Shown: positions 9,194-19,365, numbered from the stretch's first letter. The stretch: 64,000 nucleotides of DNA from an uncultured Alphaproteobacteria bacterium (GCA_902524385.1 CABZCZ010000001.1:135941-199940); one strand, 5' to 3'. Numbers and translations: made by a program. Notes: generated by a model not told the origin, from the letters alone.

Positions 9194-10129
9194 ATGAATA
9201 ATAATATAAAAGGCCTGATTTTAATTATTATCGGTATGTTATTTATGATTACGCAGGACGTTTTAATTAAATATATTATTCAAGATACTTCTCTCATGCA
9301 AATTCTTGTATTCAGAAGTGGGATAGGTTTTATATTGTTATGTATATATTTAATATATTCAAAACAGCCAATTTATTTTGGTACAGCACATCCTTATGTA
9401 GCTATTTTTAGAGCCTCAACATTCTTTTTTGGTTTTACGCTGTTCTTTATTTCGTTAAGTCAAATAACCTTAGCTGAAGCAACAAGTTTATTTTTTGTAA
9501 GTCCATTTTTTATAACAATTTATTCTTATTTTATTTTGAATATTAAAATTGGGTTAAATAGGATCTTCTCTATTTTTGTTGGCTTTTCTGGAACACTTTT
9601 AATTATCAAACCGGAATTTAATGAAATAAATATTTATATGCTATTTCCAATTATTGCAGCTGCTACATATGCATTATCAATGACCTTGGCAAAAAAAACT
9701 TCAGAAAACGATAATTTATTTCAGCAAACCTCTCATATTTACTTAGGTGCTTTTATTGGAGGAAGTGTGATTAGTATTTTATTACATAATTCAGATTTTA
9801 ATTTATCAATATTTTCTATTCTCAGTAATCCATGGGTGCTGAATGATGTACAAAAAATTGGATTAATTTTATTTATCTCTACAACTGGTTGTATTGGAAT
9901 ATTTTGTTTAATTGCAGCCTACAGAGTTGGCTCACCTGTAGTAAACAGCTTAGCAGAGTATGTGCATCTTATCTTTGCTATAATAATTGGAATTATAATT
10001 TTTTCAGAAATACCTGATATAAATTCATTCATTGGGATTTTTCTTATAATTGCAAGCGGTATCTTTGTTGTATTTAGAGAAAATAAGCGTGAAAAATTAG
10101 TAGTTGCTGAAACTACGCTTAGAACTTAA
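9194..10129 (+). CDS. EamA/DMT-family transporter
   Basis: 311 aa, about 10 TM segments, duplicated EamA-like halves. Confidence 0.85.
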   Translation: MNNNIKGLILIIIGMLFMITQDVLIKYIIQDTSLMQILVFRSGIGFILLCIYLIYSKQPIYFGTAHPYVAIFRASTFFFGFTLFFISLSQITLAEATSLFFVSPFFITIYSYFILNIKIGLNRIFSIFVGFSGTLLIIKPEFNEINIYMLFPIIAAATYALSMTLAKKTSENDNLFQQTSHIYLGAFIGGSVISILLHNSDFNLSIFSILSNPWVLNDVQKIGLILFISTTGCIGIFCLIAAYRVGSPVVNSLAEYVHLIFAIIIGIIIFSEIPDINSFIGIFLIIASGIFVVFRENKREKLVVAETTLRT

Positions 10130-10141
10130 TATAAAAAAAAG

Positions 10142-10181
10142 TGGGGCAAAACTCCCTCAGTGGAGAGGGCTTTATACCCCA
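10142..10181. terminator. nested GC-rich hairpin flanked by A8/T8 (bidirectional terminator)
   Basis: TGGGG(10142-46)/CCCCA(10177-81) encloses CCCTC(10154-58)/GAGGG(10165-69). An A8 run at 10133-10140 gives a U8 tail on the minus strand. Confidence 0.6.
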
Positions 10182-10219
10182 AAACAATATAGTGTATTAT
10201 TTGTTTTTAATCTACTCGA

Positions 10220-10467
10220 CTAAGAAAACTTATTTTGGCTGTCTAGATCGACACCTGCATCAGTTCTAAGTTTAGCTATTTTAGGATCTTGCATTACTTC
10301 TTGCATTTTTTCCAACGATTCAATTTCTAAAACTTGATAAATTTTACTTTCATCATTTCTAGGATGTCCGTAAGCTAAAACTTTAATTCCATATTTTTCT
10401 CTTTGTGCATCGACACTGAGAAATAGATCTTTCCATTTGAGTAACCTTAATTTATTTTAACATTCAT
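10220..10467 (-). pseudogene. frameshifted paralogue of the 19040-19315 small protein
   Basis: ATG 10467 reads MNVKIN then hits a stop. The adjacent frame, open from 10456, reads NKLRLLKWKDLFLSVDAQREKYGIKVLAYGHPRNDESKIYQVLEIESLEKMQEVMQDPKIAKLRTDAGVDLDSQNKFS*. This aligns along its length with the 91-aa protein at 19040-19315. Confidence 0.65.
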
Positions 10468-10514
10468 AATAATTCTCATTATATCCTCTTATAGTTTTAA
10501 TTAATTTTTAATAC

Positions 10515-10859
10515 TTATCTACCATCACCATTTGCAGAAATCATTTTAATTGCTTTACCATTTTCAAATAAAACTGAAACGATTAGTCCTCTTTTAGTAT
10601 TATCTATTGGGGCAGTAGATTGCAATGATGCAACTAGTATTTGATCAGTACTAAAAAAAATTTTCCAATCAGGGGGTGATTTAATTTGTGCAAGGGTGTT
10701 TAAAGTTTCTTCTTTATTTTCGTAAATTTTATCATTTATCCTTGCTTTAGTTACAGTTTCCCAAACAAAATCATCTGCTAATAGTGAGGAAAGTGTATCA
10801 TCACTTGTTTTGTCAGTGTAATTAAAAAATACTTCAGCAAATTTTTCTCCTAAATTCAT
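10515..10859 (-). CDS. small NTF2/SnoaL-like fold protein
   Basis: 114 aa. Its paralogue is at 29202-29540 (shared MNLGEK... N-terminus and C-terminal ...GKAI..I.A.GD). Confidence 0.55.
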   Translation of the reverse strand: MNLGEKFAEVFFNYTDKTSDDTLSSLLADDFVWETVTKARINDKIYENKEETLNTLAQIKSPPDWKIFFSTDQILVASLQSTAPIDNTKRGLIVSVLFENGKAIKMISANGDGR

Positions 10860-10887
10860 AATTATCTCCTTATAAAATTAAATTTAT

Positions 10888-11208
10888 TTACATTTCAGTA
10901 GCACCAGTCTCTGTTTTCCATATTAATCCATCTTTTTTTAATGAAATCATCATTAAAGCCTCTTTATCTCCAGATGCATAGGTATTAAAACGGTGGGTAA
11001 CTAAAATTTCATCATTTTCATAAATACAACGAACTTTATCTTCAGTAATATTATTAAACATTTCTAAAGTTTGCTCTTCACTTCCTTCACTTTTTTTAAA
11101 AACTTTATTTTGCTTATGACTAACAAATTCATGGTCTTGATGGAAAAGAGCCCTGTGAGTTTTAGCATCTTTTTCTTCAAATGCTTTTTGTAATTTTTCA
11201 AATAACAT
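10888..11208 (-). CDS. small NTF2-like fold protein
   Basis: 106 aa. Its length and pattern resemble SnoaL-type domains. The assignment is weak. Confidence 0.45.
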   Translation of the reverse strand: MLFEKLQKAFEEKDAKTHRALFHQDHEFVSHKQNKVFKKSEGSEEQTLEMFNNITEDKVRCIYENDEILVTHRFNTYASGDKEALMMISLKKDGLIWKTETGATEM

Positions 11209-11447
11209 AAATATCCTTTTGTTTTTTTTAAAAACTAAAATTAAAATTTTATAATATTATGAATATTCTATTATTGAATAATAATTAAGTTAAGCAAAAA
11301 TAATGTTATTAATAAAAAATAATAATAATTATTAACGAAAAGTTATTCAAAGCTTTTAGTTTAATTAGTAAAAAGTTAGTTGATCTTCATAAATTTTTAA
11401 TGAAAAATCTAATATAATTATAAATTAAATTGCAAGGAGGTTATTAA

Positions 11448-11765
11448 ATGTCAATTTTTGTATCACTTGGTATTTATTCTCAAAAAGGTGCAGATGGTAT
11501 CATTAATGGAGACTCTAATCGAAAAGCAGCTATGGAAAAAATGGTGAGTAGTGTTGGAGGCAAATTAATTGATTATCATATAACAAGAGGGATGTATGAT
11601 TTTGTCATGATAACTGAAGCAGAATCATTTGAAAGTATGGCTGCATGCGCTCTAAAAGCAAAAGCAGCAGGTACTCTTACTGAGGCAGTAACTTTAGAAT
11701 CAGTTGATTTAAACAAAGTAAGAGAAATTGGAAATAAAGTAGATTTTTCTCCTCCCACTTCATAA
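11448..11765 (+). CDS. GYD-domain protein
   Basis: 105 aa. Strong RBS AAGGAGG at 11434-11440. The pattern ...HITRGMYDFVMITEA... matches the GYD family. Confidence 0.7.
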   Translation: MSIFVSLGIYSQKGADGIINGDSNRKAAMEKMVSSVGGKLIDYHITRGMYDFVMITEAESFESMAACALKAKAAGTLTEAVTLESVDLNKVREIGNKVDFSPPTS

Positions 11766-11772
11766 TTCAATA

Positions 11773-11798
11773 AGCACTCTGATTAGGGTGCTTTTTTT
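11773..11798 (+). terminator. rho-independent terminator
   Basis: A 7-bp stem AGCACTC/GGGTGCT with a 6-nt loop, followed by T7 (11792-11798), lies 8 nt after the stop. Confidence 0.75.
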
Positions 11799-11948
11799 AG
11801 ATTAATTTATGATTATTTAAATATTGTGTTTCAATTTGTTGCAACTTTGATACCATCAATTTAAGAAAATTATTTTAAATTTTATTGAAGAAAATTCAAA
11901 AGATGTTAATAAATATGTAGATTTTTTTACATATTTTTAAGTTTTTTT

Positions 11949-12404
11949 ATGCCTAAACATGATCCTCTTTTTGAAAGTTTTTGTTTTGCTCAAGCAGCTT
12001 TTGAGAGCTCTAGGCATGTTTATCGAAGAGAGCATGCTGCAGGACAGGTGAGACGTTTTTTTAACATTAGTTTTACTGCCTTTGAACTAAGACGGTATAT
12101 GATGGATTTCTATTTCTCAAAAGGTAGTTTTACTATCTCAGATCTTGTCAAAGTATCTGATTTTAGCCGCCCCACTGTGAGTTCAACGGTACATGAAGCT
12201 CTAAAATTAAAATATTTAGAAAAAATTGAGAAAGGTCACGATGGTAGAAGAAATGAATATCTTCCAACTAAACCTATGCTTGAAGCTTGGCAAAATTATT
12301 GTAATGCACTTCTTGTAAATCCAAAATTTGAACATGCTTTAAGACTTGCCCAAACTGTAATTCTGACACGTGAGTCAGTAAAATTAAAAAAAAAAAATAA
12401 GTAA
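11949..12404 (+). CDS. winged-helix (MarR-like) transcriptional regulator
   Basis: 151 aa. The segment TISDLVKVSDFSRPTVSSTVHEALKLKYLEKIEKGHDGRRNEYLPT resembles an HTH plus wing. Confidence 0.5.
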   Translation: MPKHDPLFESFCFAQAAFESSRHVYRREHAAGQVRRFFNISFTAFELRRYMMDFYFSKGSFTISDLVKVSDFSRPTVSSTVHEALKLKYLEKIEKGHDGRRNEYLPTKPMLEAWQNYCNALLVNPKFEHALRLAQTVILTRESVKLKKKNK

Positions 12405-12510
12405 AATTTTTTACTATATTTTTGTGATGTATCTCATGATAATTTCAATTATTTTTAGAACTATTAGTACTAAAATATAATTTGATACTTAATTAAATAG
12501 GTGATCTTTT

Positions 12511-13326
12511 ATGCTAAAATTAACTACTCCGACTCTAAAACACATATCTTACAAGAATGGTAAAATTGCTTATAGAGAAATGGGAGAGGGACCAGTATTA
12601 TTTCTTCTTCACGGCATGAATGGAAATAGCCAAAGCTGGGCAAATTTATTCTACTCTTTAAGTTCATTTTATAGAATTATTGCTTGGGATGCACCTAGTT
12701 TTGGAGCTTCAGATATGTTTGGAGATAGTATCGATGAATATAAAAATGCCGCTAAAGCTCTTTTAAAATCTTTAAATGTAAATAATGTAATTTTGATTGG
12801 TCATTCTATGGGTGGGTTAGTTGCTACACAACTCGCTGATGATAATGAAATTTCTTCTGATGGCTTAATACTTTCTTCAACCCATTTAGGTTTTGGTTTA
12901 AAAAAAGGGCAAGAATTAATTGAACGATATTCAAACCGTATAAAAGCATTTGAAGCAAGAACGTCAGAGTTGGATTATGCTATTAACAGAACAAGACGTA
13001 ATACTTCTAAAGATACACCTGAAGAAGTAATTCAATTTCTTGCGAATATAGCAACAGATCTTCGTGTTGAAAGTATTCGTGATGGCGGTCGCATGAGTCA
13101 AGAGACTGATAACACTAACATTTGTAATAATCTCAATGTCCCAGTACTAATTTTATCTGGTGGCAAAGACAAAGTAATTTCGACTGATATGCACGCGGCT
13201 TTGGCCGCAGCCATTCCGGGAGCTAAAAAAGTCGTTTTCCCCAATGCGGGACATGCATCTTTTGCAGAATGTGCAGATCAATTTAATGATCATGTAAAAA
13301 ATTTTGCAAAAAAAGTATGGGGGTAA
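12511..13326 (+). CDS. alpha/beta-fold hydrolase
   Basis: 271 aa. HG oxyanion motif (LLHGMNGN), nucleophile elbow GHSMGG, and a C-terminal GH. Confidence 0.85.
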   Translation: MLKLTTPTLKHISYKNGKIAYREMGEGPVLFLLHGMNGNSQSWANLFYSLSSFYRIIAWDAPSFGASDMFGDSIDEYKNAAKALLKSLNVNNVILIGHSMGGLVATQLADDNEISSDGLILSSTHLGFGLKKGQELIERYSNRIKAFEARTSELDYAINRTRRNTSKDTPEEVIQFLANIATDLRVESIRDGGRMSQETDNTNICNNLNVPVLILSGGKDKVISTDMHAALAAAIPGAKKVVFPNAGHASFAECADQFNDHVKNFAKKVWG

Positions 13327-13384
13327 GTTAACCGTTAAAAACATAAATTTAATTAAATTGTTTAATTAAATTAAAGGGAGGAAT

Positions 13385-14980
13385 ATGAAAAAATCTTTTT
13401 TAAAAACTTTGGCTTTAATTATAGCCATAACTTCAGGGCTTGGTTTTTCATCAAGCTCAGTTTTAGCAGATGACCTTAAAGTGGCTCTTGCTGCTGAACC
13501 AACATCTATGGATCCGCATTATCAGAATTTAACTATAAATAATTCATTTGCGACTCAAGTGTATAATGCGCTTGTCCTACAGGATGTAAATCAAAATTTA
13601 TTACCTGGTCTAGCATCATCTTGGGAACCTGTTGATGATCTTACTTGGCAATTCAATTTAAGACCTGGCGTTAAGTTTCACAACGGTGCAGCATTCTCTG
13701 CTGAAGATGTAATTGCTTCAATGGAACGCGCTGCTAATGTTCCTAATAGTCCATCTAGTTTTGCAACTTTTACTAAAGGGAAAACTTTTGAAGTAGTAGA
13801 TGATTTAACAATTAGAGTTTCAACCGAAAAATCTAATCCATTTATACCAAATGATATGTCTAGAATTGCTATTATAGACTCTGCTTTTATTAATGCCACT
13901 ACCGAAGATTTTAATACAGGCGTTGCATCTTTTGGCACAGGTCCATTTATATTAAATAAGTGGTTACCAGGTGATTTAATTGAAATTTCTCGAAATGATA
14001 ATTACTGGGGTGATGCGGCTGAGTGGGATAGTATAACTATCAAACCAATCAAAGATGGAACAACAAGAACAGCTGCTCTTATAGCGGGTGATGTTGATTT
14101 TATTGAACGTGTTGCACCTGCTGACTTACCAAACTTGGAAAAAAGAGATGGTATTTCTGTATTTAAATCAGTGTCTAATCGTTTGCTGTACTTAACTCTT
14201 CATATGACAGATGATCCGATCAAGCCATATGTTACTGATTTTAATGATAATCCTATAGCTTCACCTTTTCAGGATATTCGTATGCGTGAAGCAGTTTCTC
14301 TTGCTATTAATCGTCAAGCAATTGCAGATCGTGTAATGGATGGACTTTCTTCACCTGCTGGTCAATTTTCACCAGAGGGGTACATAGGATATTCACCTAA
14401 CTTACAAGCAGATATCTATAATCCAGATCGTGCAAAAGAATTAATGGCCGAAGCAGGTTATGCTGATGGTTTTAAATTAACTATTCATGGTCCAGCTGGT
14501 CGATATACTAATGATGCTAGAATTCTTGAAGCAATCGCTCAGATGTTAACGAGTGTTGGTATTGAAACTACAATAGAGACAATGCCGGCTTCTGTTTTCT
14601 TTAAACGTTTTGCAAGTGGTGGGGTTGATAAAAAACCAGAATTTACTGCTGCGATGTCTGGATATGCTAATGGATCGGGTGAACCATCTCATCCACTTAG
14701 AATTTTCATTCATACTAAGCAAAAAGATCGTGGTTATGGTCCTGGAAACAGAAATGGCTATAGCAATAGTGAAGTTGACACCATGATTGAAGATGGTCGT
14801 GCGATGATGGATGTTTCAAAAGGAATGGAAATGTTCATTAAAGCAACTGAAATGGCGATGAATGAATACGCACTACTTCCATTACATCACGAAATTGCAA
14901 CATGGGCAGCTCGTGACGGCATTACCTATGCAAACGGCGCTCTAGATAGCACGTTTTTACACTTCATTAGTAAGCAATAA
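13385..14980 (+). CDS. ABC transporter substrate-binding protein, family 5 (peptide/nickel type)
   Basis: 531 aa with a signal peptide. RBS AGGGAGG is upstream. The layout is DppA/OppA/NikA-like. Confidence 0.9.
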   Translation: MKKSFLKTLALIIAITSGLGFSSSSVLADDLKVALAAEPTSMDPHYQNLTINNSFATQVYNALVLQDVNQNLLPGLASSWEPVDDLTWQFNLRPGVKFHNGAAFSAEDVIASMERAANVPNSPSSFATFTKGKTFEVVDDLTIRVSTEKSNPFIPNDMSRIAIIDSAFINATTEDFNTGVASFGTGPFILNKWLPGDLIEISRNDNYWGDAAEWDSITIKPIKDGTTRTAALIAGDVDFIERVAPADLPNLEKRDGISVFKSVSNRLLYLTLHMTDDPIKPYVTDFNDNPIASPFQDIRMREAVSLAINRQAIADRVMDGLSSPAGQFSPEGYIGYSPNLQADIYNPDRAKELMAEAGYADGFKLTIHGPAGRYTNDARILEAIAQMLTSVGIETTIETMPASVFFKRFASGGVDKKPEFTAAMSGYANGSGEPSHPLRIFIHTKQKDRGYGPGNRNGYSNSEVDTMIEDGRAMMDVSKGMEMFIKATEMAMNEYALLPLHHEIATWAARDGITYANGALDSTFLHFISKQ

Positions 14981-14990
14981 TAAATTAAGT

Positions 14991-15016
14991 TTGGCCTGCT
15001 TTAAATAGCAGGCCAA
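14991..15016 (+). promoter_or_regulatory. perfect 10-bp intercistronic stem-loop between the binding-protein and permease genes
   Basis: TTGGCCTGCT-ttaaat-AGCAGGCCAA with no U-tail. It sits between the stop at 14980 and the SD at 15023-15028. Confidence 0.6.
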
Positions 15017-15033
15017 ACAACAAAGGAGTTATT

Positions 15034-16008
15034 ATTTTATTCTTCATTATTAGACGCGTTTTGCAGAGTATTGTTGTTTTGTTTATAATGTCATTAGTTG
15101 TATTTACGATGATCAATATTGTGGGTGACCCAGTAGATATGCTTGTGAACCCAGAGAGTCTACCTGATGAAATTGAACGTGTGCGAAGTGACTTTGGTCT
15201 AGATCAACCAGCACATATACAATATATTAAATTCTTACAGGGTGCATTATCAGGAGATTTAGGAAATTCTTTTATTTTTGGACGACCAGCACTCGCACTG
15301 ATTGCAGAACGCTTTCCAGCAACATTAGAACTTGCAACGTGTGCACTAATTATTGCTATAGTATTTGGATTACCCTTAGGTATATATGCAGGTTTAAATC
15401 CAAAGAGTTTTGGGACAAGAATAATCATGGGTGGTTCAGTACTTGGTATATCAATTCCAACATTCTGGCTTGGTTTAATGATGATTATTATTTTTTCAGT
15501 TGTTCTTGGTTGGTTACCTGTATCAGGGCGCGGTGACATAGGGAGTTTCTTAGGTTTGGAGAGTAGTGCCTTTACACTTGATGGTTTGAGCCACCTCATA
15601 ATGCCAGCTACTAATTTAGCACTTTTTAAAATAGCAATGGTTATACGTTTGGCGCGTGCTGGAACAGTAGAAGTCATGTCACTTGATTTTATTAAATTTG
15701 CTCGTGCTAGAGGATTACCTCCTGAAAGATTAGTTCGCTTTCATCTTTTACCAAATATTCTTATACCTATCATTACGGTCTTGGCAATTGAGTTTGGAAC
15801 TCTAATTGCTTTTGCCACAGTCACTGAAACTATTTTTGCTTGGCCAGGTCTTGGTAAGCTTGTGATTGATGCCATAGTAAATCTTGATCGACCTATTGTA
15901 GTTGCATACCTCATGTTTGTAGTCACTTTATTTTTACTTCTGAATTTAATTGTCGATATAATTTATGCGGCACTTGATCCACGAGTACGTCTAAATGGAG
16001 ATCAATAA
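15034..16008 (+). CDS. ABC transporter permease (DppB/OppB-like), probable non-canonical ATT start
   Basis: The conserved family N-terminus (I)LFFIIRRVLQ lies upstream of the first TTG (15061). The frame is open only from 14989 and has no ATG/GTG/TTG before 15061. SD AAGGAG is 5 nt before ATT 15034. Confidence 0.85.
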   Translation: MLFFIIRRVLQSIVVLFIMSLVVFTMINIVGDPVDMLVNPESLPDEIERVRSDFGLDQPAHIQYIKFLQGALSGDLGNSFIFGRPALALIAERFPATLELATCALIIAIVFGLPLGIYAGLNPKSFGTRIIMGGSVLGISIPTFWLGLMMIIIFSVVLGWLPVSGRGDIGSFLGLESSAFTLDGLSHLIMPATNLALFKIAMVIRLARAGTVEVMSLDFIKFARARGLPPERLVRFHLLPNILIPIITVLAIEFGTLIAFATVTETIFAWPGLGKLVIDAIVNLDRPIVVAYLMFVVTLFLLLNLIVDIIYAALDPRVRLNGDQ

Positions 16009-16916
16009 TGAAGGATGGTCAGTCTCTCATTGAAGATAAATTAAATTCAGCAAAATATAAAAAAATATTAAAAGCAAATTTTTTAAAACCTGCAACGTTG
16101 ATTCCAATTTTATTACTCACATTTATCGCTGGTTGTGCCATCTTTGCCCCAATTCTTGCCCCAACTAATCCCTACGATCTAGCTATTGTAAGTATTTTGG
16201 ACTCCAGACTTCCTCCTGGTGAAGTTATGTTTAATGGAACTGTTGCTTGGCTAGGAACAGATGGAGCTGGTCGAGATGTTTTGAGTGCAATAATTTATGG
16301 CTTGCGAACGAGTTTGATTGTAGCTTTAACAAGTGCTGCGATTGCATTAACAGTAGGACTTGTGGTGGGATTAATTGCTGCTTTTTATGGAGGAAGGATT
16401 GATGCATTTTTAATGCGTATTGTTGATATTCAATTATCTTTTCCTGCTATTCTTATTGCTCTCGTTTTATTAGCTCTATTAGGCAAAGGTGTTGATAAGG
16501 TAATAATTGCATTAGCAATTGTTCAATGGGCTTTATATGCGCGTACTGTTAGAGCTACTGCTATTGTGGAGCGCAGAAAAGAATATATTGAGGCTGCTTC
16601 CACATTGGGTCTAAATAATTTTAGAATTATTTTAAAACATCTTTTACCAAATAGTATTTCACCTCTAATTGTTTTAGCTACACTACAAACTGCACACTCA
16701 ATTTCAATTGAAGCAACACTCAGTTTTCTTGGCGTTGGTGTTCCTATTACAGAGCCATCCTTAGGATCATTAATTTCAAATGGATTTGATTTTATTTTAT
16801 CTGGAGCATATTGGATTACTTTTTTCCCTGGCGTAATGTTACTTGCAACTGTTGCCGCAATTAATATTTTTGGAGATCAACTGAGAACTATTTTAAACCC
16901 AAGGCACTCAAAATGA
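16008..16916 (+). CDS. ABC transporter permease (DppC/OppC-like)
   Basis: 302 aa. ATAATG junction with the preceding permease gene. Typical EAA-loop region. Confidence 0.9.
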   Translation: MKDGQSLIEDKLNSAKYKKILKANFLKPATLIPILLLTFIAGCAIFAPILAPTNPYDLAIVSILDSRLPPGEVMFNGTVAWLGTDGAGRDVLSAIIYGLRTSLIVALTSAAIALTVGLVVGLIAAFYGGRIDAFLMRIVDIQLSFPAILIALVLLALLGKGVDKVIIALAIVQWALYARTVRATAIVERRKEYIEAASTLGLNNFRIILKHLLPNSISPLIVLATLQTAHSISIEATLSFLGVGVPITEPSLGSLISNGFDFILSGAYWITFFPGVMLLATVAAINIFGDQLRTILNPRHSK

Positions 16917-16941
16917 GCTATATAAATATTTTAATTCTCCA

Positions 16942-18639
16942 ATGACTGACTTACTTAATATAAGGAAACTCAGTGTATCCTTTAAAATGGAATATGAAAC
17001 AACTGATGCTGTTCGAAATGTTTCTATTACGCTTCGTCCTGGAGAAGTATTAGGTATTGTAGGAGAAAGTGGGGCAGGTAAATCTACAATTGGAAATGCT
17101 ATTGTTAATCTTTTAGAACCACCGGGTGAAATTACAAGAGGGGAGGTTTTATTTAAGGGTCAGGATTTAAGAAATCTTGATGACAAACAAATGCGAGATG
17201 TCCGAGGGAAAAAAATAGGAATGATTTTTCAAGATCCTCAAACTTCTCTTAATCCACTAATGACAATTGGTGGGCAACTTATTGAAACAATAAATAAGAC
17301 AATTAATCTTTATGGTTCTGAGGCAACTAATAAAGTTATAGAGTTACTAGAGTCAGTAGGTATTGATGAACCTGAAGCACGTCTAAATTTATACCCCCAT
17401 CAATTCTCAGGTGGAATGCGCCAGCGCGTGGTGATAGCTTTAGCACTTGCTGGAGATCCTGATCTTATTATTGCCGATGAGCCAACAACAGCACTAGATG
17501 TTTCTATTCAAGCGCAAATTCTTGATCTAATCAAAAAACTCTGCCAAGAACGTCAAGTAGGGGTAATTATTATTACCCATGATATCGGTGTTATTGCAAA
17601 TATATCAGACCGAGTAACGGTTATGTTTAATGGTCAAGCTGTTGAGAGCGGAGAAGTTAAACAAATACTAACAAATCCTAAACATGAATACACAAAAAGT
17701 TTAATCGCGGCTGTACCGCGTGGTGATAGAAAAGTAGAGCGTTTTAAATCTATTGATTATATTGAAGGAGGTGCACAAACACAGCGTCGAATTGATTTGG
17801 ATCAACATTGGTTAGGAAAAAAATTCACCCAACATTACTCTGATACAGCAATTTCTATAAATGACTTGAATAAAAAATATTCTCTTAAAAAAGCTTTTTT
17901 AAAACGCAATCGCTCTTATGTGCACGCTGTTAAAGATGTGTCTCTATCAATTAAAACAGGTGAAAGTTTTGGACTAGTTGGTGAGTCTGGGTCTGGAAAA
18001 AGTACTATAGCTAAACTTGTTGCAGGACTTGTTAGTACGGATAAAGGAAGTATTAAACTTTTTGATCAAGAAGTGACAAATAAAAGTAAAGGTAAAGATG
18101 TCATAGCGGCGAGGCGTAATCTACAAATGATATTTCAAGATCCTTATTCATCGCTAAACGCAAGGATGAGAGTTCAAGATATAGTCTCTGAACCCATAAG
18201 TTATTATAAAACAGCTTCTACAAATATGGAAATGAGACAAATCGTTCGCGATCTCTTAGATCATGTAGGTCTTGGATCAAATGCAATGTTAAAGTATCCT
18301 CATGAATTCTCTGGTGGGCAACGACAAAGAATTTCTATTGCTAGAGCATTAGCATCAAGACCTAAAATTCTTATTTGCGATGAACCAACATCTGCCTTAG
18401 ACGTATCGGTGCAAGCACATATTTTAAATTTACTTAAAGATCTTCAAGATGATCTAGGTTTAACAATTCTTTTTATATCACACGATCTTCCTGTTATTCG
18501 TCAAATGTGTGACCGTGTTGCTGTCATGCGGCATGGTTCTATTTGTGAAATTGCAACAACGGACAGTTTATTTGAAAAGCCTCAACATGAATACTCAAAA
18601 CATCTTCTTGAGTTAATGCCAAAAACTGATTTTATATAA
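16942..18639 (+). CDS. fused duplicated ABC ATPase (DppD/DppF-like)
   Basis: 565 aa. Two Walker A motifs ([18 protein letters not shown]), two signature motifs ([16 protein letters not shown]) and two Walker B motifs. Confidence 0.92.
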   Translation: MTDLLNIRKLSVSFKMEYETTDAVRNVSITLRPGEVLGIVGESGAGKSTIGNAIVNLLEPPGEITRGEVLFKGQDLRNLDDKQMRDVRGKKIGMIFQDPQTSLNPLMTIGGQLIETINKTINLYGSEATNKVIELLESVGIDEPEARLNLYPHQFSGGMRQRVVIALALAGDPDLIIADEPTTALDVSIQAQILDLIKKLCQERQVGVIIITHDIGVIANISDRVTVMFNGQAVESGEVKQILTNPKHEYTKSLIAAVPRGDRKVERFKSIDYIEGGAQTQRRIDLDQHWLGKKFTQHYSDTAISINDLNKKYSLKKAFLKRNRSYVHAVKDVSLSIKTGESFGLVGESGSGKSTIAKLVAGLVSTDKGSIKLFDQEVTNKSKGKDVIAARRNLQMIFQDPYSSLNARMRVQDIVSEPISYYKTASTNMEMRQIVRDLLDHVGLGSNAMLKYPHEFSGGQRQRISIARALASRPKILICDEPTSALDVSVQAHILNLLKDLQDDLGLTILFISHDLPVIRQMCDRVAVMRHGSICEIATTDSLFEKPQHEYSKHLLELMPKTDFI

Positions 18640-18640
18640 A

Positions 18641-19030
18641 TTAAGTAAATTTTTCTTTTCTAATGTATCCAACTTCAGTTGTTTTAAAATGTCTAAAAGG
18701 AACGTTCAGATCATTAATCGCCTTAATAGTCTCATCAGTAATATTACCGTAAACTTCTATTTCAAATTTATCAGCTATTTCTTGATGTTTTTCTACATAT
18801 GCTACAACAGGAGGGTTATTAATGTGGTGAACCATCGCTTCACTGGTACGATAAACTTCACTCCATGTAAATTCTAATGGATCAGTTGGATCTTGATCGA
18901 AGGTATGGATTAACATATCTGGTTCTGAAGCATTAACGGCTTCATCAGCTTCTTTTGCTATCTTGAGATACTCATCTATCATACCTTCTTTTACTCGTAT
19001 TCTAGCTATTAAAATAAAAGGATTAGACAT
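18641..19030 (-). CDS. ABM-like (dimeric alpha+beta barrel) protein
   Basis: 129 aa. The N-terminus FILIARIRVKEGMIDEYL... is typical of antibiotic-biosynthesis-monooxygenase-fold domains. Confidence 0.6.
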   Translation of the reverse strand: MSNPFILIARIRVKEGMIDEYLKIAKEADEAVNASEPDMLIHTFDQDPTDPLEFTWSEVYRTSEAMVHHINNPPVVAYVEKHQEIADKFEIEVYGNITDETIKAINDLNVPFRHFKTTEVGYIRKEKFT

Positions 19031-19039
19031 ATTATAATA

Positions 19040-19315
19040 TTAATTTCCACCTTCTAACATAATGAATGTTTGAGTTTCAAGATCTACTCCTGCTTCTGTT
19101 CTTAATTTTACCATTGAAGGCAAATTGAGCATTTCTTGCATTCGCTTCATAGACTCAATCTGAAGAACTGTATAAATCTCATCTTTATTATCTTTGGGAT
19201 GTCCATAAGCTAATACAGTAACCCCATATTCTTGTCTTAAACTGTCGTTTTCATCAAACGCTTGTTTCCAAAGCTCATAACCTTTAGTTATCTTTGCGTG
19301 CGATATAATTTTCAT
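19040..19315 (-). CDS. small hypothetical protein (intact paralogue of the 10220-10467 remnant)
   Basis: 91 aa. It shares VLAYGHP...IY.VL.IES...MQE......KLRT.AGVDL with the remnant. Confidence 0.55.
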   Translation of the reverse strand: MKIISHAKITKGYELWKQAFDENDSLRQEYGVTVLAYGHPKDNKDEIYTVLQIESMKRMQEMLNLPSMVKLRTEAGVDLETQTFIMLEGGN

Positions 19316-19365
19316 AATTAAGTTCCTTTCATATAAATGAAATTAGTATTCTTTTAAATATGCAT

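Noticed and set aside
13678-15926. Antisense or alternate-frame ORFs within the ABC importer genes (13678-13938-, 15204-15677-, 15339-15536+, 15741-15926-).
   Set aside because: They lie inside confidently assigned transporter genes in the G+C-richer block. Long antisense ORFs are expected by chance there.
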